From a virus (taxonomy: Duplodnaviria > Caudoviricetes): a DNA stretch of 46,147 nucleotides. The translations under genes were made by a program, and so were the position numbers. Where the stretch lies: IMG/VR virus record IMGVR_UViG_3300046779_000463, positions 1 through 46,147 of that record. One strand, 5' to 3'. Below the pieces are notes generated by a model. That model was not told where the DNA came from, did no database searches, and saw only the letters and a list, made by a program, of their open reading frames with translations. This document shows, in pieces, positions 28,368 to 34,505 of the stretch (its first letter is position 1; each line of letters starts with the position of its first letter).

Positions 28368-29747
28368 ATGCACGACGAAATGAGACCCGTAATGCCAGTG
28401 CCAGAAAATGACCACGAAGGTCAAATGGCAAAATCTGAGCTTTACAGAGCCGCAAAATATTCAATGAAACTGTTCCAAATGATTCAAGATGGACAGGATC
28501 TAGAAGGTTGGGTGCAGGCTAAAATCACAAAATCAGCGGATTACTTAGATTCTGTATATCACTATATGGAATACCAAGTAAAGTTCGGCGATGGCAGTAG
28601 TGCATCCAACATCGACGACATTACAGGAGATGCTGAATCTGAAATAGCAAGTGACGAACCTATGTCCGATATGGATGACGAAGAAAGGAAAATCGACGAA
28701 ATGACCACATATGAACAAAAACTAGAAGCCTTATTAGAAGGCGCAATCAAAGAAGCATCCGGTGTTCGTGCATCGGACAAGAAGAAAGGCAAAGTTGACA
28801 AAACTGAGCGTAAGCAATACTTTGTTAAACTTGAAAAAGACGGCAGAACAAAAGGTATGACTATTGTTGCTGACGAAGGCGAAAGCCAAGGCGAAGTACG
28901 CGACCGTGCCGCACGTGATGCTAAATCAGGTGGCTGGACTGTTGCAAGCATTCGTGTTAAAGACGAAATCGACGAAGCCGCTGAAAAGATTTCTAAAGCA
29001 GAAAAAGCAGCCAAATCTAAGAAAGAAAAAGAAGACATGGTTCGCGAAGCAATCGAGCTAGTTGTTGAAAAAGCAGTAAGCAAAGCACAACAAAAGTTTA
29101 TGGGCATGGTACACTCCGCTAAGAAAGGCGAAAAGCCAGCAAGCAAAGAAGTTGCTAAAGCCGCTAAAGGTATGAGCAAGAAGTCTGCTGAAGACTTTGC
29201 ATCTACTAAGCACAAGGGTTTACCAGAGAAGAAAAAGAAGACTGATGAAGGCAAAGGATTGAGTGCATTAAAAAATCTAAGTCCAGCACAGAAAGGTGTT
29301 GTACAAGCCGCTTCATTATACGCTGTAGGTTCAGGAGTGCAAGGCATGGCTAAAGCCGCTAAAGGTTCAAATGTACCAAGTCCAGACGATGGTGCAACAG
29401 CCGCTCCTCCAAAAGGTCCAGATGGACAATATCCTATCGTAACGTCTGGTCCTAACAAAGGTAAACGTTGGAGTCCACAAACTCCTGGTCCTACAAACCC
29501 AGAGTTTAAAGAAAGCAACTTAGTTAAGTCTATTGTTAAGAAAGTTGTTGCTGAAAAGAAGGCAAGTGGTAGCAAGCCAGACTTCTTAGATATGGACAAA
29601 GACGGCGACAAGAAAGAGCCAATGAAGAAAGCAGTTGCTGATAAAAAAGCGGCTCCTTTTGCTAAGAAGGACGAAAAGAAAGAATCTGTTAACGAGTCTT
29701 CAGACTTAGCTCGTATGAAGCAATTCTTAACACGTTTAAACGGATAA
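28368..29747 (+). CDS. Highly charged modular protein, putative head/scaffold-associated protein
   Basis: Many (L/I/V)xE junctions; modules DHEGQMAK.., KAVSKAQQKFMGMV.., KPDFLDMDKDGD.. Confidence 0.65.
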   Translation: MHDEMRPVMPVPENDHEGQMAKSELYRAAKYSMKLFQMIQDGQDLEGWVQAKITKSADYLDSVYHYMEYQVKFGDGSSASNIDDITGDAESEIASDEPMSDMDDEERKIDEMTTYEQKLEALLEGAIKEASGVRASDKKKGKVDKTERKQYFVKLEKDGRTKGMTIVADEGESQGEVRDRAARDAKSGGWTVASIRVKDEIDEAAEKISKAEKAAKSKKEKEDMVREAIELVVEKAVSKAQQKFMGMVHSAKKGEKPASKEVAKAAKGMSKKSAEDFASTKHKGLPEKKKKTDEGKGLSALKNLSPAQKGVVQAASLYAVGSGVQGMAKAAKGSNVPSPDDGATAAPPKGPDGQYPIVTSGPNKGKRWSPQTPGPTNPEFKESNLVKSIVKKVVAEKKASGSKPDFLDMDKDGDKKEPMKKAVADKKAAPFAKKDEKKESVNESSDLARMKQFLTRLNG

Positions 29748-29751
29748 TACT

Positions 29752-30429
29752 ATGGACATGAAGCGCATTCTACAAGCATTTGATAATTCATCTTCTAAGC
29801 CGGTAGAAGGCGCTTCCGATATGAAGCGTTTCATATCAGCAGTACAAGTATTAAATAAGCCACTAGACGAATGCAGTGGCTATATACCTAAAAACGAAAA
29901 AGAAGCAAAAGACCCTCGCTGGACTACTGCATTATCTGTAGACGTTCAGCCGGGTGCTATTGAAAAGAACTTAAAAGCACTTAGTTTAGCAGAAGGTAAA
30001 AAATCTTTTAAAGATTACTTACAAGAAGCAGAGCAAGGTATAGCAAACAAGTCATTGAATGAATTTGCTCCTAGCAACGGAGAATCAGGACGTTGGTTCA
30101 CAGATGATCAGATGTCTGCTATTGTCGGCGATGGCTGGTTGCAAGACTTAGATATCAGCGGTGATATTTCTAAACAGGAAATAATAGATAAAGCCCAAGA
30201 ATGGTTGTTAGATAACGGATATCGTGTACAAGTTCTTAATGTTAAAGTTAACGACGACGACTGCGATTGGTTTATAGAAGGTAGTTTCCACAATACACAC
30301 TCTGCTAAGAAAGATGTAGAAGAAGGTCTTAAAAATCCAAAAGACAATCCTTGCTGGAAAGGCTACAAGCCAGTCGGTACTAAGAAGAAAAACGGCAAGA
30401 CTGTTCCTAACTGCGTACCTAAGGAGTAA
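29752..30429 (+). CDS. Modular hypothetical protein, putative internal head protein
   Basis: Modules LDE-CSGYIP, LNE-FAPS, VEE-GLK..CWKGY..VPNCVP. Confidence 0.65.
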   Translation: MDMKRILQAFDNSSSKPVEGASDMKRFISAVQVLNKPLDECSGYIPKNEKEAKDPRWTTALSVDVQPGAIEKNLKALSLAEGKKSFKDYLQEAEQGIANKSLNEFAPSNGESGRWFTDDQMSAIVGDGWLQDLDISGDISKQEIIDKAQEWLLDNGYRVQVLNVKVNDDDCDWFIEGSFHNTHSAKKDVEEGLKNPKDNPCWKGYKPVGTKKKNGKTVPNCVPKE

Positions 30430-30432
30430 ACT

Positions 30433-30819
30433 ATGAGAATAGTTGCGTTACTTCTTGCAGTTTCCTTATCAGGATGTGCCAGCATTAAAGAAATGGTTCC
30501 AAGTTTCTGGGACGATAATCAAAGTGCTAAAATTGTTGACGTTAGATACAGCGTTGAAATTTTAGACTGTAGCAAACCTCATTTACCACAAGCAGAAAAG
30601 ATTGAAATGGACATCCTATGGTTCCAACTTTATGGCGAAAGCAAAGGTTGGCGTCAGCAAGATGTTCTTAAATTAGTTAAACCATTACAAGATACTGTTA
30701 CAGATTTTGTAAAGCGTAGTAAAGCAGGAGAAGGAACAGAAGGGTATTGCAATATCAAGAAGAAGATTATGCAAACCCAAGCAAAACGTGCCGCTGAGGC
30801 AGTCTTAGGGAGATTCTAA
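30433..30819 (+). CDS. Lipoprotein
   Basis: Signal peptide with lipobox LSGC; AGGAG RBS. Confidence 0.7.
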   Translation: MRIVALLLAVSLSGCASIKEMVPSFWDDNQSAKIVDVRYSVEILDCSKPHLPQAEKIEMDILWFQLYGESKGWRQQDVLKLVKPLQDTVTDFVKRSKAGEGTEGYCNIKKKIMQTQAKRAAEAVLGRF

Positions 30820-31052
30820 TGTTTGAACAATTACAATGGTTGGCACAAAATGGAAGACCTTGGGCCGCACAAAGAGCCGCATTTGCTTTAGAAATTGCAC
30901 AACAATTTCAACAAGGTGCAATATCCGAATCCGAATACAAAGAATTATTACTAGACTTAGTAAGAACAGATAAATTAGAAGAAGAAGCAGACAACATTGA
31001 AACTAAAACTATGTTAGTGTCTGCAATATATGTATTAGCACAGGTAGCGTAA
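30819..31052 (+). CDS. Hypothetical protein (77 aa)
   Basis: TAATG coupling to the lipoprotein gene; GGAG RBS. Confidence 0.65.
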   Translation: MFEQLQWLAQNGRPWAAQRAAFALEIAQQFQQGAISESEYKELLLDLVRTDKLEEEADNIETKTMLVSAIYVLAQVA

Positions 31053-31053
31053 A

Positions 31054-31488
31054 ATGGAAGAACTTAACAAAGCACTTAAAATAGCATTTGCCAGCGAATT
31101 TAGTTTTTATTTAAAGGCACACTTTTTTCACTGGAACGTAGAAGGCGTTAACTTCAAACAATATCACGACTTGTTTGGTGGCATCTACGAAGAAGTTTAC
31201 GGCAATATCGACGCATTTGCAGAAAACATTCGTAAGTCCGGTAGTTACACTCCTGGGAGTTTTGAACGTTTCAGTATGCTAACAAAAATCGAAGACGAAA
31301 CAGAAATTCCTAGTGCCGAAGAAATGGTTCAAGTATTATTAGCAGATTCTGAAAAGATGGCAACTATTTTTAAAATGGTGTTTGATATTGCTGAAAAATA
31401 TGGCGAGCACGGATTAAGCGACTTTTTAGCCGCTAGACAAGATGCACACCGTAAGCATAGTTGGATGTTAAGGGCTACACTAAAATGA
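31054..31488 (+). CDS. dps: Dps-family ferritin-like protein
   Basis: 'LKAHFFHWNVEG..F...H.LF...YEE....D..AE.IR', 'K..WML'. Confidence 0.9.
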   Translation: MEELNKALKIAFASEFSFYLKAHFFHWNVEGVNFKQYHDLFGGIYEEVYGNIDAFAENIRKSGSYTPGSFERFSMLTKIEDETEIPSAEEMVQVLLADSEKMATIFKMVFDIAEKYGEHGLSDFLAARQDAHRKHSWMLRATLK

Positions 31489-31643
31489 AAGATATAACTT
31501 TAGCAGATTATATCAAAAGAACTACAGAACAGTTAGAAAAAGACAAGCAACAATCACAAGAACAGCCCGAACACAACGATTACGAAGTTTATCCTGAAGA
31601 CGATGGAACAGACAGTAAAAGAAATCCTTATAGCCGCGTATGA
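31485..31643 (+). CDS. Small acidic hypothetical protein (52 aa)
   Basis: ATGA overlap with dps (start 31485). Confidence 0.5.
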   Translation: MKDITLADYIKRTTEQLEKDKQQSQEQPEHNDYEVYPEDDGTDSKRNPYSRV

Positions 31644-31698
31644 AGCACTAGCCCGCTTTGGCTGTGGATTAGGCGGTATTCCATATGAATTATAAGAA

Positions 31699-31782
31699 CA
31701 TACCCTAGGACCGTTTGGGGTTATGTGGCCGGCTGCTGGCCTAATCAACGGATTCGCTACCCTGAAGATTTAAAGTGAGCAC
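31699..31782 (+). ncRNA. Putative structured non-coding RNA (family not identified; strand assumed)
   Basis: GC-enriched intergenic tract with consecutive stems and a possible pseudoknot. Confidence 0.4.
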
Positions 31783-31783
31783 T

Positions 31784-31791
31784 GATAAATA
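31784..31791 (+). promoter_or_regulatory. Putative late promoter GATAAATA
   Basis: Exact motif before GGGGA and ATG 31817. Confidence 0.55.
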
Positions 31792-31816
31792 CAATATAAG
31801 ATTTTGGGGACACAAA

Positions 31817-33754
31817 ATGGATTTAAGAAAACTATTAGACAAGTTAGAAAGCATTAAAGAGGCTGATCTAACACCACAGCAACAGGCACAAAACGTACTA
31901 CAGCCAGGTGCAAATAAAGACAAAGAAAAAGAGTACGCTCGCGCACAAGCGCAAATGGATCGCTTAGAAAAAGCCGCAAAGTACAACGGCGATGACGAAA
32001 TTGTTCGCTCACGTGTAGGCTTACCACCTAAACTACCATCCATTGATCAATGGGATGGAAAAATGCCACAGCCAGTTGGAAAACCAGATTGGTTTTCAAG
32101 ACTAGCCACTTTGGGAAAATCTACAGACGATCAAGCGGCGGCAGTAGCGGCCAACAAAGCCGACGATACTAGCACAGCGTTTAAGAAAGAAAAATTAACA
32201 AAGTTAAACAACTTGGTGTCCCAACTAAAAAATATCTTAAATCCAAGTAACGCAACTGCTGGTACAACTGGTGCCCCAAACATGGGACAAGTTAATAAAG
32301 AAGCAAGTATTTTCGAATCTTTAATGAGAGAGTTTGAAGACGAAGTATTAGAAGAGCAAGATGCTCCTGTTAACAAAGAAGAACTTGTAAAACAAATTCA
32401 AGCATTAATGGGCGAGTTAGGCGACATGGGCGATGATCCAGAAATTGCCGACGCACTAAAGGCAGCACAACAAGCAGTTGACGATTCTGCTAAACAACCT
32501 GAAAAGCCAGCAGACGGAGGTGGTGCGGCAGGTAGTAAACCTGATCCTGCAAAAGTTGCTCGCTTTAAAGAGTTACTAGCAAAAGCAGGTCCAGCGCCTG
32601 CAAGTAGCGCACCTGCAAAACCGGCGGCGCCTGTTGCAAAAACAGAAAGCATGAGTGAACTAATGGCTCGTGTACAACGTATTGCAGAAGGTCGTATCGA
32701 CGAAGCATTAACTCCAGAAGAAAAGACAGAGTTAGATGCACTAGCAAAAGAATTAGAAGCATTCACAGGACAAGATCCTGCGTTGGACGCTTTACTATTG
32801 CAACACACAAAATTAGCACAAGCACCAGCAGGCGATAAGCCAGCGGCAGCAGGTGCAGATCCTAAAGTTCAACAAGTACAACAACAATTAAAAGACTTAG
32901 GCGTTGATCCAGGTCCAATCGATGGCAAAACAGGTCCTAAGACCATTGCAGGTATTAAGGCTTTCCAAACTATGGCTGGCATTGCCGCTGATGGAAAGAT
33001 TGGTCCTCAAACTGAAAAAGCATTAGCAGACGGAAAGAACGTTGTTGCACGTAGTCAGTTAACACAATCATTAGCGGCTATTGAGAAACTTGTTGCCAAA
33101 TACAATGTTACAGAAAACTTCGATGATGTTACAGAAGAAGACATCGATGCAATGACCATGGAAGAAGCACGTTCGTTTGTATTGAAGAACATTAAAGTAT
33201 TCAGCGAAGCAGAACAAATTGCAATTATGCGCGATATGCTTACAGAAGCACCTAGTATGATTTTAGGTCCAGATGGTAAGCCATTACAAAGTCCAACTCC
33301 TGCTCCAGCGGCCGCTCCGGCGGCAGGTGGTAATTGGTGGAGTCGTGCTAAAGATGCTGTTAAGGCAGGCTGGAACAGCGCAAAGAGCGCAGGTGGCAGT
33401 ATTAAGCAGAGAATTGCAGTTGGTGCGGCTGGTGTAGCATCTGCATTAGGCTTAGGTACATTATTAAAGTCATTTAGCAACAACGATGTCGAAATGGATC
33501 CGGCAGACTTAGCAGAACTACAAAAACACTTAGCAGTTCTAGATAAATTTGGACAAGATCCTGCTGTTAAAGGCGGACTACCTGCAGATGTTCAGAAGCG
33601 TTTAGACGGTGTTATTGCTAAACTTGGCAAGTTAAAAGGTGCTAAAGCCAAAGGCGGTGCCCCTGCACAACCAGCCGCTGGTGCTCCTGCGGCTCCTGCA
33701 AAACCAGCAGGCAATAATGTTGATATTAGCGGAACAAGCGGCAACGCTATCTAA
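31817..33754 (+). CDS. Large modular protein with peptidoglycan-binding domain (PG_binding_1-like)
   Basis: 'VQQVQQQLKDLG.DPGPIDG..GP.T...IKAFQ...GI.ADG.IGPQT..AL'; Ala/Pro linkers; many xxE junctions. Confidence 0.75.
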   Translation: MDLRKLLDKLESIKEADLTPQQQAQNVLQPGANKDKEKEYARAQAQMDRLEKAAKYNGDDEIVRSRVGLPPKLPSIDQWDGKMPQPVGKPDWFSRLATLGKSTDDQAAAVAANKADDTSTAFKKEKLTKLNNLVSQLKNILNPSNATAGTTGAPNMGQVNKEASIFESLMREFEDEVLEEQDAPVNKEELVKQIQALMGELGDMGDDPEIADALKAAQQAVDDSAKQPEKPADGGGAAGSKPDPAKVARFKELLAKAGPAPASSAPAKPAAPVAKTESMSELMARVQRIAEGRIDEALTPEEKTELDALAKELEAFTGQDPALDALLLQHTKLAQAPAGDKPAAAGADPKVQQVQQQLKDLGVDPGPIDGKTGPKTIAGIKAFQTMAGIAADGKIGPQTEKALADGKNVVARSQLTQSLAAIEKLVAKYNVTENFDDVTEEDIDAMTMEEARSFVLKNIKVFSEAEQIAIMRDMLTEAPSMILGPDGKPLQSPTPAPAAAPAAGGNWWSRAKDAVKAGWNSAKSAGGSIKQRIAVGAAGVASALGLGTLLKSFSNNDVEMDPADLAELQKHLAVLDKFGQDPAVKGGLPADVQKRLDGVIAKLGKLKGAKAKGGAPAQPAAGAPAAPAKPAGNNVDISGTSGNAI

Positions 33755-33768
33755 AAACAAGTAAGTTC

Positions 33769-33794
33769 AAAAAGCGGCTTCGGCCGCTTTTTTT
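33769..33794 (+). terminator. Intrinsic terminator with C(UUCG)G tetraloop
   Basis: AAAAAGCGGC-TTCG-GCCGCTTTTTTT. Confidence 0.9.
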
Positions 33795-33814
33795 ACCTTT
33801 TGAAAAAATAAGCC

Positions 33815-33843
33815 TTGACTCTAGTCAAGCATAACTATATAAT
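33815..33843 (+). promoter_or_regulatory. Sigma70 promoter TTGACT-N17-TATAAT for the replication operon
   Basis: -35 at 33815-20, -10 at 33838-43; palindrome CTTGACT-CT-AGTCAAG over the -35. Confidence 0.75.
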
Positions 33844-33865
33844 AAGTTTTATTTAGGAGAATTGC

Positions 33866-34126
33866 ATGGGCGACAGAACCTATGGACCAGAAGAAAAAGC
33901 CAAACTAGAAAGGCTCATCAACGAAGGTGTTCAGATTCAATATGAAATTGAAAGTTTATCTGAAGGACTCAAAGAAACAGTTAAGGCAGTTGCAGAAGAA
34001 TTAAATGTTAAACCTGCACTAATCAATAAAGCAATTAAGATTGCACACAAGGGTAATTGGAACGACGTTTACAGCGACTTCGATGACCTTGAAACAATTT
34101 TAGTAACTGTCGGCAAGGACAAGTAA
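33866..34126 (+). CDS. Small dsDNA-binding protein (T4 DsbA/GapR-like)
   Basis: 86-aa helical pattern 'KLERLINE...EI..L.E.LKE..K...EEL...P..INK.IK'; AGGAG RBS. Confidence 0.55.
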   Translation: MGDRTYGPEEKAKLERLINEGVQIQYEIESLSEGLKETVKAVAEELNVKPALINKAIKIAHKGNWNDVYSDFDDLETILVTVGKDK

Positions 34127-34429
34127 TTGGATTGGCTTACTAATTCGGTAACCAATACATATAATTGGGCCAAGCAAGATTATCAAGAATACCCGTTAAG
34201 GTTTGTTCTTGAAATTACTGCTTGGTTCATGAGTATTATGTGTGCTGTATGGATGGGCATAACATTACCTAATCCTCCATTCTTGATTTTATATCCATTG
34301 TTTATTACCCAATGTGCAATTTTTGCTTGGGCGGCATGGACACGTAAAAGTACAGGCATGGTAGCAAACTACTTACTGCTAGTCACTATCGACGTTATCG
34401 CTATTGTTAGACTGATAATTAATACATAA
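34127..34429 (+). CDS. Small membrane protein (about 3 TM)
   Basis: Three hydrophobic segments; TTG start. Confidence 0.6.
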   Translation: MDWLTNSVTNTYNWAKQDYQEYPLRFVLEITAWFMSIMCAVWMGITLPNPPFLILYPLFITQCAIFAWAAWTRKSTGMVANYLLLVTIDVIAIVRLIINT

Positions 34430-34440
34430 GAGTACGGTTT

Positions 34441-34487
34441 AGTCAGCCATAAATGACTCGTTTGGTATTTGCAAGCCGTAAATTGCA
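34441..34487 (+). promoter_or_regulatory. Twin hairpins with GCCRTAAA loops, candidate translational operator of the polymerase
   Basis: AGTCA-GCCATAAA-TGACT and TGCAA-GCCGTAAA-TTGCA directly before GGGAG. Confidence 0.55.
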
Positions 34488-34505
34488 TGGGAGAACAATT
34501 AGAAT

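Noticed and set aside
28562-29611. 349-aa minus-strand ORF
   Set aside because: Antisense shadow of a Lys/Glu/Ala-rich + strand gene; Ser/Leu/Phe-rich, with no RBS or motif.
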